Source of the DNA: Candidatus Latescibacterota bacterium
GTDB taxonomy: Bacteria; Latescibacterota; UBA2968
Direction: 5' to 3'
DNA length: 64,000 nucleotides
Assembly (NCBI GenBank): GCA_965204745.1
Contig: OZ242010.1
Location: 3,488,001 to 3,552,000, forward strand
Each line of letters opens with the position of its first letter. The stretch's first letter is position 1. The translations under genes and the position numbers were made by a program. Positions 10,047 to 18,963 of this stretch are shown here, in pieces. The notes beneath the pieces are model-generated. The model was not told where the DNA came from. It was given only the letters and a program-made list of their open reading frames with translations, and ran no database searches.

Positions 10047-10533
10047 TCCCATGACGCTCGCGCCGATGACTCGCTCGCATCTCCGTCGGGTTACAGAGAT
10101 CGAACGCGCGGTTTTTTCCGCTCCGTGGACGCGGCGCGACTTTGCGCGTGCGCGAAAACGCAACCATGGGTTGTGCTGGGTCGCGCTGGTCAAACGCGAG
10201 GTCGCGGGCTATGTGGTCGGCTCTTTGATCGATGGGGAATTTCATCTGGAGAACTTTGCTATCGCGCCCTGTTTTCAGCACGAGGGCTTGGGACAAAAAA
10301 CGCTCCAAGCCGCGGTTGACCAGCTAGAGACAAAGGCGCGGGTGATTTCGTTGGAAGTGCGAATGTCCAATCGCGCGGCCATTGATCTGTACAAAAAGAT
10401 GGGTTTTGAGACCGTGGCGATCCAACAAGCCTATTACGCCCACCCACGCGAAGATGCCCTGGTCATGCTCAAACCGCTCAAGACTCGCTTGTCCGAGTGG
10501 GTGATGTTTCAAACCGATCAGAGGTTGTTTTAG
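10039..10533 (+). CDS. rimI: Ribosomal-protein-alanine N-acetyltransferase
   Basis: IERAVFSAPW, LEVRMSN, LYKKMGF, YY..PREDALVM; follows tsaB. Confidence 0.9.
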   Translation: MANPMTLAPMTRSHLRRVTEIERAVFSAPWTRRDFARARKRNHGLCWVALVKREVAGYVVGSLIDGEFHLENFAIAPCFQHEGLGQKTLQAAVDQLETKARVISLEVRMSNRAAIDLYKKMGFETVAIQQAYYAHPREDALVMLKPLKTRLSEWVMFQTDQRLF

Positions 10534-10562
10534 GTTGTGTTGAGACAACAACTCAAAAGTCC

Positions 10563-10603
10563 AAAAAAAAAGGAGCGAGCCCCCGTGACTCGCTCCTTTT
10601 TTT
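10563..10603. terminator. Bidirectional intrinsic terminator
   Basis: A-run, GGAGCGAG-loop-CTCGCTCC, T-run, between convergent genes. Confidence 0.8.
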
Positions 10604-10625
10604 GATCATTCAGCGGAAAATCGCG

Positions 10626-11579
10626 TCAGGCCTCCGCATCCAACACGCGCTGAAATGCCTCCAGATCATCCACTTGCACCGCTGCGCGATGCAACTGCTT
10701 GAGCCGCTGCAAATCGTCGATGACCGCAATGCGATCGGCGAATTGTCCGGCCACACCCGCATCAAAGCGAATCTCCAACGCTTCTCGGATGCTCTCTTGG
10801 ATACCCTGCTCAATGCCCTGCTCAATGCCCTGCTCAATGCCCTGCTCAATGCCCTGCTCGATGAACTGTTCCTTGAACTGTTCCTGGATCTGTTCCTTGA
10901 GGTATTGGGCAAACGATGATTCACGCATAATCGCGTCCATAAGACCCTCCTGCGAAATAATTCTCGTGATGATGGTCGGCTTATACGCCAACCCACTCAA
11001 GACCGCCAAACTGCCCAAAAAGTCAACCTTATCTGCCTGATCCAACGATACGGCATCGGTCTTGCGAATGCACTGACGCAACCAGTCCTCGGAACCCATC
11101 CCCGCAGGACGCTTCATCAACGGCGCGAAAGGAAGCAAGCCCGGATGATCATCCTCGATAATACCTTGCCCCTCTATCTCGCTCAACCGAAAAACCTTGT
11201 ACTCCACAAAGACGCGATGACCCGGAAGTTTTTGCGCGTAGTAGCCTTCATCGCGGCGCCCGGCATTGGGACGCAGGTAGATCACAAAGGAATAGACCGG
11301 CAAGCCATACTGCTCGATGAGTCGGATGATATAGACCGCCATGCGGAGCGGCATCGGTTTGTCCGCGCTGTCCGTCGTTTGAAATTCGATGTGGACCAAT
11401 GCTTTCTCGCCATTGATCCGCACGCGAAGCAAGCTATCGGTTCGGCGCGTTTCGACCGTGGGGAGTTCGGTTTCGAGAATCTCATCGACCTCGACGTCAG
11501 CACGTCCGAGGATGAAACGGACGATGTCTTGCGCGTGAGTTCGAATCAGGTGTTTGGAAATCGTGTCGTACTTTGCCAT
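10626..11579 (-). CDS. Rpn/YhgA-like recombination-promoting nuclease (PD-(D/E)xK putative transposase) with an (EQGI)n tail
   Basis: RRTDSLL...HIEFQT...MPLRM; 12-nt tandem repeats at ~10800-10900 encode EQGI/EQFK. Confidence 0.85.
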   Translation of the reverse strand: MAKYDTISKHLIRTHAQDIVRFILGRADVEVDEILETELPTVETRRTDSLLRVRINGEKALVHIEFQTTDSADKPMPLRMAVYIIRLIEQYGLPVYSFVIYLRPNAGRRDEGYYAQKLPGHRVFVEYKVFRLSEIEGQGIIEDDHPGLLPFAPLMKRPAGMGSEDWLRQCIRKTDAVSLDQADKVDFLGSLAVLSGLAYKPTIITRIISQEGLMDAIMRESSFAQYLKEQIQEQFKEQFIEQGIEQGIEQGIEQGIEQGIQESIREALEIRFDAGVAGQFADRIAVIDDLQRLKQLHRAAVQVDDLEAFQRVLDAEA

Positions 11580-11703
11580 GTGGACACCTCTGAATATGGT
11601 GAAAAAAAAGAAATAGGAACGACATCTGCAACAACGCGACCATAACGATCCCGCACCTTAATAGTATATGCTGATGGGCAGGCAATGTCAACTCGGGTTT
11701 TTT

Positions 11704-13179
11704 TTAGTCGCTGATCCGCTGAAATTTCTCAAAGGCTTCCGCCCAGGCGTCCGCGTCAGTTGGGCGATACGTTTTGATGGGGGTTGAGGCGCGCACGATG
11801 GCGCGCAGGTCGCCGAGGGAGGCGATTTGCCCTTTGCCCATGGCCTGCATCAACAAATTGCCCATGGCCGTGGCTTCCGCAGGGCCCGACAACACGGCCC
11901 GCCCGGTTGCAGACGCGATGAATTGACACAAGAGGGTGTTGTGGATGCCCCCGCCCACGATGTGAATGTCGGCTAGGGGTTTGCCGAGCGCGTCTTCGAG
12001 TTGACTGAGAACGCTGCGGCATTTGAGGGCCAGGCTTTCGAGGGCCGTGCGGATGATCGCGCCTTCGCTGTCCGGCACGATTTGATGCGTGCGAGTGCAG
12101 AAGTCGCGGATGCGCGCGGGCATGTCCCCGGGCGTGCCAAAGTCCGCGTGGTCCGGGTCGATGAATGACGCGAGGGCCTCCGCGTCTAGGGCGAGGGCCA
12201 TCAGTTGTTCCCACGAATAGTCGTTGCCCGCCAATGCCCAGACGCGGCGGCACTCTTGCACGATCCACAGGCCGGAGATGTTTTTCAAAAACCGAATGGT
12301 GTTATCAACCCCGCCCTCGTTGGTGAAGTTATGCGCGAGGGCTTTTTCATTGATCGCCGGTTCGGTCAGTTCCGCGCCCATCAACGCCCAGGTGCCGCAA
12401 CTGATATAGACCGCATCGGCCGAGGACATGGGCGCGGCCGCGACCGCGGATCCCGTGTCGTGACACGCCGGCGCGATCACGTCGATGGGCGGTATGCCCA
12501 TGTCGTCGGCAATGGTTTTGCGGATGGGGCCGAGCACAGTGCCGGGCGGGACGACATCTAATAGCATGCCGGTGGGAATGTCGAGGGCGCGGAGCATCTC
12601 CGTTGCCCAGGCGCGTTGGCGCGGGTTGTAAAATTGCGTGGTGGTGGCGTTGGAATATTCGCAGACTTTTTGACCCGTGAACCAGAAGTTGAACAGGTCC
12701 GGCATGGTGAGAAAGGTGCGCGCCATGTCGAGTTGGGGCGATTGTGCGAGCCGCTGCGCCAAAAGTTGATAGAGGGTGTTGAGTTCCATAAATTGAATGC
12801 CGGTTTGTTCGAATATCGCTTTGCGCGAGACGCGCTCAAAGGCTTTGCCGAGCATGCCCTGCGTGCGCGTGTCCCGATAACAATAGGGGTTGCCGAGCAA
12901 GTTGTCGTGCGCGTCGAGCAAGCCGTAATCGACCCCCCATGTGTCGCAGCCCATGCCAGAAAGCGGTTCGCCCGCCCGCAGGGCCAAGCGCAAGCCGGTT
13001 CGCATTTCGTCAAACAGGCGCAGGGCATCCCAATAATAGCTGTTGCCAATGGGGATGCCCCGATTGGGAAAGCGGTGAATTTCTTCGATGTCGAGACGCG
13101 CCCCATCAAACCGCCCCAAAACCGCCCGGCCACTGGACGCGCCCAAGTCATACGCGAGGTAATTAGTCGTCATCGCCAT
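11704..13179 (-). CDS. rhaB: Rhamnulokinase-family (FGGY) sugar kinase
   Basis: DLGASSGR, DTWGVDY, YRDTRT, HDTGSA, TNEGG, LKNISGLW, GPAEATAMGN. Confidence 0.88.
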   Translation of the reverse strand: MAMTTNYLAYDLGASSGRAVLGRFDGARLDIEEIHRFPNRGIPIGNSYYWDALRLFDEMRTGLRLALRAGEPLSGMGCDTWGVDYGLLDAHDNLLGNPYCYRDTRTQGMLGKAFERVSRKAIFEQTGIQFMELNTLYQLLAQRLAQSPQLDMARTFLTMPDLFNFWFTGQKVCEYSNATTTQFYNPRQRAWATEMLRALDIPTGMLLDVVPPGTVLGPIRKTIADDMGIPPIDVIAPACHDTGSAVAAAPMSSADAVYISCGTWALMGAELTEPAINEKALAHNFTNEGGVDNTIRFLKNISGLWIVQECRRVWALAGNDYSWEQLMALALDAEALASFIDPDHADFGTPGDMPARIRDFCTRTHQIVPDSEGAIIRTALESLALKCRSVLSQLEDALGKPLADIHIVGGGIHNTLLCQFIASATGRAVLSGPAEATAMGNLLMQAMGKGQIASLGDLRAIVRASTPIKTYRPTDADAWAEAFEKFQRISD

Positions 13180-13346
13180 AAATAACCTCCCATTGCAAGG
13201 CCATTCTCCAACCCGATTTTTTATTGTGTTTGCACGATGCAGTCGCTATTATAGAACGCGGTTGTAGCGTGTCAAGTATTGTATTGGGCACTGCTTGTTT
13301 GAACGGCAAGGCGTCCCCAAAAAAATGAAAAACGCAGGTGATTTTT

Positions 13347-14486
13347 ATGACTTATGACGCAATCGTATTGGGCGCGGGGATCAATGGGTGCGGTGTTGCA
13401 GGCGAACTCGCAGAGCGCGGGCAACGGGTGCTCATACTGGATAAAGGCGAGATCGGCGGGGGAACGTCGTCTAAGTCGTCTCGCTTGATCCACGGGGGCT
13501 TGCGGTATTTGGAGACGATGCAATTTGGCATGGTGCGCGAGGCATTGGCAGATCGTCTCGCCCTTTTGGGCCGCTATCCAGAACTCGTTTCGATGCGGCC
13601 TTTTTACGTGCCCATTTACCGGCTGAGCCCGCGCCCGGCGTGGCGGTTGTGGACCGGGATCAAGCTCTATGACGCGCTGGCCGGGCGGCGCAATGTCTAT
13701 CGGTCGCGCAAGGTGTCGCGCAAGCGATTTGCCCGCGAATTTCCCGCGATCAAGCGAGATGGGCTTCGGGCGGTCTTGCGGTATTACGATGGCAAGACGC
13801 ATGATCTGGCCTTGACGAGGCGCGTGGCAGAAGACGTGCGGGCGATGGGATGCGCGGTTTGCGAGCGGGTCGAGGTGCAACAGGTGGCGTGGGACGAGCG
13901 CGGCTTTGCCGTATCGGTCGGCGGGGAGACAGTCACCAGTCGCATTTTGGTCAATGCCACGGGGCCGTGGATCGACGAGGTGACAGCGCGGTATGGGTTG
14001 CCCTCGCGGTTTCAGATTCGCAAGGTGAGCGGGGTTCACATTTTCGTCGCGGGATTGCTCGCCCCCGCGCCCCTGTTTTTGCAGACGGGAAGCAAGCGCG
14101 TTTTTTTTGTTATACCGGAACCGGAGCGCGATCAGACCATGATCGGCACAACCGAGCGCGAAGAGCATGGGGCGGTCGATGACGTGCGGGTGCGAGACTC
14201 CGAGGTCGATTATTTGATTCGAGAAGTGAATGCGTACTTGCGCCCCCACTGCCGGTTGCAACGCGCAGACATAACCGACGCCATCGTGGGCGTGCGCCCT
14301 TTGGTAAAACAAAAAGGCGAGGCCACGGATCTCTCGCGGGAATGCGAACTGGATTTGCACACCCGCGGGAACGCGCAACTGCTCAATGTGTTCGGCGGCA
14401 AACTGACCTCGTATTTGTCCCTGTCGCGCCGCGTAGTCGATACGCTCGGCATCGAGGCGATGACGCATGTGGCCCTTCGCGCATGA
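13347..14486 (+). CDS. GlpD-like FAD-dependent glycerol-3-phosphate dehydrogenase/oxidase
   Basis: GAGINGCG, GGTSSKSSRLIHGGLRYL, NATGPW, IGTTE, GVRPL, GGKLT. Confidence 0.85.
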   Translation: MTYDAIVLGAGINGCGVAGELAERGQRVLILDKGEIGGGTSSKSSRLIHGGLRYLETMQFGMVREALADRLALLGRYPELVSMRPFYVPIYRLSPRPAWRLWTGIKLYDALAGRRNVYRSRKVSRKRFAREFPAIKRDGLRAVLRYYDGKTHDLALTRRVAEDVRAMGCAVCERVEVQQVAWDERGFAVSVGGETVTSRILVNATGPWIDEVTARYGLPSRFQIRKVSGVHIFVAGLLAPAPLFLQTGSKRVFFVIPEPERDQTMIGTTEREEHGAVDDVRVRDSEVDYLIREVNAYLRPHCRLQRADITDAIVGVRPLVKQKGEATDLSRECELDLHTRGNAQLLNVFGGKLTSYLSLSRRVVDTLGIEAMTHVALRA

Positions 14487-14508
14487 TGTTGCTTTTTGGG
14501 AGAAAGAG

Positions 14509-15921
14509 ATGACCGAAAAATTGGACGATTTTAAGACCGCGGTTTTGCCCGAGCGCAAATTTGGATTTTGGCAGATGGCCGGGCCGGGTGCGATTTTGGT
14601 GGGGCTATCTATCGGCGCGGGCGAGATCATCGTGTGGCCCTTGGTCGTCGCCGAGTACGGGGCGAGCATGATTTGGGCCGCTGTGTTGGGCGTGTTTTTG
14701 CAGATGTGGATCAACTTCGAGGTGGGGCGTTGGACCATTGCCACGGGCGAGACGGTTTATACGGGATTTGCGCGCGTGTGGCGCGGGTTTGCACCGCTGT
14801 TCATCGCGATCACCCTGTTTTCGTGGATCGCACCCGGGTGGGCGCGCGCGTCGGGGCTGGCCCTCAAAGCCCTGCTGGTCGGCCCGCAGGGTTGGGGATC
14901 GGATGCGTTTTGGACCGCGATCACCTTTGCCGGCGTCGCGCTGATTTTGTTCGGCCCCAAGTTGATTTACAATTCCATGGAAAAGGCCATCGAGTTGATG
15001 GTGCTGATCGTCACTGCGGGGTTGATCATGGTCGCCTTTGCCGTGGGCACGGCTGAAACGTGGGTCGAGCTCGGCAAGGGGGTTGCGAATGTGGGGTACA
15101 AAGACCCGAATATGTCGGTCAAAGCCCTGTTCATCGCCATTGTATTTGCCGGCGCCGGGGGAACGGCGAATTTGTTTTACACCTTTTATTTGCGGGACAA
15201 ACACATCGGCATGGGCGCGCATGTGCCGATCATGCAAAATCCATTGCGCGGGCGCGCAGAGGCCATTCCATCGACGGGATTTACATTTGAAGAAACAGAG
15301 GAAAACGCGGCGCGGTTCAAGGCGTGGTGGGATTACATAAAGAAAGATCAGATGTTGTTTTTCTGGGGGCTCAATTCCGTGACCATGATGCTGTTCATTT
15401 TTGGGTCCCTCGCAGTGCTGCATCCCCAAGGCATCGTGCCGGCCAGCGGCACCCTGATTTGGGACGAGGCCGCGATTTTGGGCGAGGTTTGGGGCGATAT
15501 GGGGCGCGTGATTTTTCTGTTGGTGGGGCTGGCAACCCTGTTTGGCACGCAACTCGCCCTCGTCGATGGGGTCTCGCGGTCCATCGCGGACATCGTTTAT
15601 ACCAATTTTAAGGGCGCGCAAAAACGCGACTTGAGTTGGTGGTATTTGCTCGTGGCGGGAATCTGGATCGCGGCCGGTTGCGCGATCACGTTTGTGATGG
15701 AACAATACGGCGTGAGCGAGTTGGGCTTTTTGTTCAACGCGGCCTATATGGGCGGATTCGCCATGGCGATTTACGTACCCCTGATGCTGTACATCAACCG
15801 CCGCTATTTGCCCAAAACCGCCCGCCCGAGCAAAGTCTGCACCGCGATGATGATCCTCGCATCGCTGGTCTATATCGCATTCGCTATCGCCTGCGCGCTG
15901 TGGGAATTGGGGATTGGATAA
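14509..15921 (+). CDS. Nramp-related (YcsG-like) membrane transporter
   Basis: GPGAILVGLSIGAGE, TGET, about 11 TM helices. Confidence 0.75.
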   Translation: MTEKLDDFKTAVLPERKFGFWQMAGPGAILVGLSIGAGEIIVWPLVVAEYGASMIWAAVLGVFLQMWINFEVGRWTIATGETVYTGFARVWRGFAPLFIAITLFSWIAPGWARASGLALKALLVGPQGWGSDAFWTAITFAGVALILFGPKLIYNSMEKAIELMVLIVTAGLIMVAFAVGTAETWVELGKGVANVGYKDPNMSVKALFIAIVFAGAGGTANLFYTFYLRDKHIGMGAHVPIMQNPLRGRAEAIPSTGFTFEETEENAARFKAWWDYIKKDQMLFFWGLNSVTMMLFIFGSLAVLHPQGIVPASGTLIWDEAAILGEVWGDMGRVIFLLVGLATLFGTQLALVDGVSRSIADIVYTNFKGAQKRDLSWWYLLVAGIWIAAGCAITFVMEQYGVSELGFLFNAAYMGGFAMAIYVPLMLYINRRYLPKTARPSKVCTAMMILASLVYIAFAIACALWELGIG

Positions 15922-16008
15922 AAGGAACTTGGAAAGAAGCGGTCAATCGGGATAATGTGGTTGCGGGTTCTCTGCCAGCACCCATTCCTATCTTAATGAC
16001 AACGAAAG

Positions 16009-16038
16009 AAGGGTTATGCCCCATTCGGCATAACCCTT
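16009..16038 (-). terminator. Hairpin terminator downstream of tRNA-Leu
   Basis: AAGGGTTATGCC-CCATTC-GGCATAACCCTT. Confidence 0.7.
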
Positions 16039-16053
16039 TACGTATTCTAGATA

Positions 16054-16140
16054 TGGTGCCGAAGGTGGGATTCGAACCCACACGGGCCTAAGCCCACGGC
16101 GCCCTGAACGCCGCACGTCTACCAGTTCCATCACTTCGGC
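16054..16140 (-). tRNA. tRNA-Leu(CAG)
   Basis: GCCGAAG acceptor, CGGCG-TTCAGGG-CGCCG anticodon arm, long variable arm, GGTTCGAATCC, CCA end. Confidence 0.96.
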
Positions 16141-16155
16141 ACCTGACGTAAAACC

Positions 16156-16184
16156 AATATATCAAATCCCCCTGTCATTGTCAA
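16156..16184 (-). promoter_or_regulatory. Sigma70 promoter of tRNA-Leu
   Basis: TTGACA-17 nt-TATATT on the minus strand. Confidence 0.75.
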
Positions 16185-16193
16185 GCGGGCGAA

Positions 16194-17156
16194 TTACGGC
16201 AGGGCAGTTAGAGCCGCGAACATGGCTTTGATGTAGCCCACGGAATAGGCCAAGCCCCCGGTGACGGGCGGATGGTCGCCTTCGAGCGCGGGAATGTGGT
16301 CCGGATTGAGGCAACCGTCAAATCCCACGCGCTCGAGTTCGAGCAACAGCTTAAACATGTTCATATCCCCATCGTCGAGCAGGGTTTCTTCAAAGCCGCG
16401 TGCCGTAGCCAAAGAGCCGCGCACATTGCGGAAATGCACCATGAAGATGCGGCCCTTGCGCCCGTAGTTGTTGATTTCGTCCAGCACGAGCGGGGAGCCG
16501 CCCGCTTCGGCGCGTGTGCCACAACAATAGAGATAGCCCACTTGCGGGCTTGGGAAAGCGTCGATGACTCGGTGAAACCCCAGTCCCCCAAGCGGCGTGT
16601 CTGGGTTGGGCGTGTCGGACGGGTGAATGGCGAGTTTGATGCCGGTTTCGTCGGCGATAGACACGAGGCGTTCATACACCGCGCAAAAGTGTTGCCACCA
16701 GTCTTGGAGCGCGTCGTAATCCGGGGTTTCCGGCACGGGGCGAGTCAGGGCTTGGCTCTCGCCGCGCGAGCGGTACCCGCCTCGGTGTTCGGACGAATAG
16801 CGAAACATGAGTTCGTTGAACGTGTCGCCCCAAAAGCGTTGTCGGGCAATGGGCACGCCCGCTTCGGCAAAGACGCGCAGTGCGCGACACGTATTTTCGA
16901 GTTCTCGCTCTCCGCCGGGGCGATCTCTCATAAATTTTTCCGACATATCGGGCAGGGTGACGCGGTTGATCGACAGGCCCCAGGACTGGAATTTTTTCTT
17001 CAGTTTGAGGAGTTCGTCCAAGTCCGGATACCCCTGTTCTGCGACGCCGGGCATGTCTGCATCGCGCCCAAAGTCGATGCAGTCCGCGCCGAGTTGGGTG
17101 ACGAAGCGGAGATAGGAGTCGGACAGTTCGCGGTGCCACACGGAAATTTTCATCAT
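16194..17156 (-). CDS. Mannonate dehydratase (UxuA) family protein
   Basis: LAIHPSD, VHFRNVRG, FEETLLDDGDMNM, PDHIP, YSVGYIKAM; CAGGAGG RBS. Confidence 0.85.
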   Translation of the reverse strand: MMKISVWHRELSDSYLRFVTQLGADCIDFGRDADMPGVAEQGYPDLDELLKLKKKFQSWGLSINRVTLPDMSEKFMRDRPGGERELENTCRALRVFAEAGVPIARQRFWGDTFNELMFRYSSEHRGGYRSRGESQALTRPVPETPDYDALQDWWQHFCAVYERLVSIADETGIKLAIHPSDTPNPDTPLGGLGFHRVIDAFPSPQVGYLYCCGTRAEAGGSPLVLDEINNYGRKGRIFMVHFRNVRGSLATARGFEETLLDDGDMNMFKLLLELERVGFDGCLNPDHIPALEGDHPPVTGGLAYSVGYIKAMFAALTALP

Positions 17157-18100
17157 GACCTCCTGATGTTGCGGGTTGCGGTTCTGAGGATGAGCCAAAG
17201 CGCGTAGGTCGCGCAAATGAGCATCGCGGAATTGACGAGGTGGAGCACTTGAAACACCCGGGGCAGGCCCCCATAAGCCAGCGCGATGCCGGAGCCTGCT
17301 TGACAAACGATGAGCGTCAGCGCGAGATAACACGTCATTTTGAGCACGCCGCCGATCTTGCGGACGATGTGGGCGAGATAGGCGGCAATCCCAAGTACGG
17401 CCCAGGTGAACGAGCGGTGGATGTGGTCGATGACGCCGATATTGGCGATCCAAGCACTGCGAGCGACCCCGCCGCTGTTTTTGATGTAGGGATCGATGGC
17501 TTCGCGCACCTGCGTGCCCAGCAGCATTTGAATACACACCACGGCAAAGAGCACTCCAGAGAGCCGCGCGAGTACGTTGGGCGCGGGCAACGCATCGGGC
17601 AGGCGGATGTCAACCGCGCGCAAGGCGACGTAGAGCAACGCGCACAAGAGCACCATCGCGCCTGCCATGTGCAGGGTAATGACCCCGGGTTTGAGGCCCG
17701 ATTTGACGACCTGCCCGCCGAGCCAGCCCTCAAAGCCGACGAGAAAGACCGCCGCGAGCGACCCGTAGAAAATCGCGGGATGGGTTCGCCGATACGGAAT
17801 CGCACGCAAAAACGTGGCGATGACCAACACCCCGATGAGCATGCCGACCAACCGGTTGATGTATTCGATCCACATCTTGACCGGGTTGAAGTCCGCGAGG
17901 TCTAGCCCGCGTTTTGCCAGATAATCGGCGTCAATTTCCGCAACGCTCGCCGGTGGAAACCAACTCCCCCAGCACCGAGGCCAGTCCGGACACCCCAATC
18001 CCGCACCCGAGACGCGCACGAGACTTCCCACCCCAATGAGGACGAGAATCGCAATGAGAGTCGCTATCGCGGTTTTTTGAAATGCGTTCATCCCGTTCAC
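17153..18100 (-). CDS. ctaA: Heme A synthase (COX15/CtaA family)
   Basis: GSLVRVSGAGLGCPDWPRC, EYINR, LHM, IHR, LHL. Confidence 0.88.
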   Translation of the reverse strand: MNGMNAFQKTAIATLIAILVLIGVGSLVRVSGAGLGCPDWPRCWGSWFPPASVAEIDADYLAKRGLDLADFNPVKMWIEYINRLVGMLIGVLVIATFLRAIPYRRTHPAIFYGSLAAVFLVGFEGWLGGQVVKSGLKPGVITLHMAGAMVLLCALLYVALRAVDIRLPDALPAPNVLARLSGVLFAVVCIQMLLGTQVREAIDPYIKNSGGVARSAWIANIGVIDHIHRSFTWAVLGIAAYLAHIVRKIGGVLKMTCYLALTLIVCQAGSGIALAYGGLPRVFQVLHLVNSAMLICATYALWLILRTATRNIRRS

Positions 18101-18276
18101 TGTTTTTCGTCCAACATCTCGTCAATGGCCTTGCGAACCGTGCGTCGCCACGCCCACTCGGACATGGCGTCCCAGTTATCGGGGTCCTTGGGCTTGCGAA
18201 AATACAGATAGAGTTCAACGCCCATATAGGTCCAAAAAGCCAAAAAAATAACCATGAAGAGCCAAAGCCAAATCAT
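18097..18276 (-). CDS. Small membrane protein (59 aa)
   Basis: N-terminal TM helix; 4-nt overlap with the ctaA start. Confidence 0.5.
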   Translation of the reverse strand: MIWLWLFMVIFLAFWTYMGVELYLYFRKPKDPDNWDAMSEWAWRRTVRKAIDEMLDEKQ

Positions 18277-18394
18277 GCGCGAAGCCCCAAAATGAATGCG
18301 TGCGATGGCGATGCCGTAAAATACACAACACAACGCGAACGCAACAAGCGAAATTCACCTTGCTTTTCACGATTTTTTGAGTGAACTTATCTCT

Positions 18395-18738
18395 CTAATG
18401 AGAATTAAGCGTTGAATCCATTGCGTACTTGTCTTTTTATTCGGACCTACCCCCCTAGCCCCCCTTCCTGCGAGGAAGGGGGGAACGGTGAGCGGTTTTG
18501 CGAGGGTATTGATGAGGGATATTTAATCGCTTTATGCCCTCGCACAACGCCATCAGAGCAACCAGAGCGATAAGACATCAAAGGCACTTTACTCCCCTTT
18601 CCTCGTAGGCACAGGCGTAGCCTACAATGAGCGAAGCGAATAACGGGGCCGGGGGATAGGTCCCCTCACGCAACGCCATCAGAGCAACCTAAGCCATCAT
18701 CTGTGCGTAATGTCAAAAAATGAAATGTCAACACAACC
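18395..18738. mobile_element. Composite MITE (end type C + end type A), reverse orientation
   Basis: Ends CTAATGAGAATTAAG... and ...AAATGTCAACACAACC-TA; same body as 43249-43611. Confidence 0.7.
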
Positions 18739-18762
18739 TAGCCAATCAAGTCCCCGCCTAAA

Positions 18763-18953
18763 AAGGTGAGAGGTGAGAGGCAAGACGGGAGAAGACCTAC
18801 ACGCACTGCTCGCCTTTGAACGGCCTATCGCCAGTTGTACCCCGCTCGTGGCTAAACTTCCATCTCGCATCTTACGTCTTACGTCTTACCTCTTGCGTCT
18901 TACGTCTTACCTCTTACGTCTTACCTCTTACCTCTCCCCTCTTACCTCTCACC
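18763..18953. repeat. Inverted heptamer arrays (AGGTGAG)n / (TCTTAC[G/C])n enclosing a REP-C unit (18811-18856)
   Basis: Direct reading of 7-nt periodicity; the two arms are complementary. Confidence 0.8.
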
Positions 18954-18963
18954 CTTTCCCACT

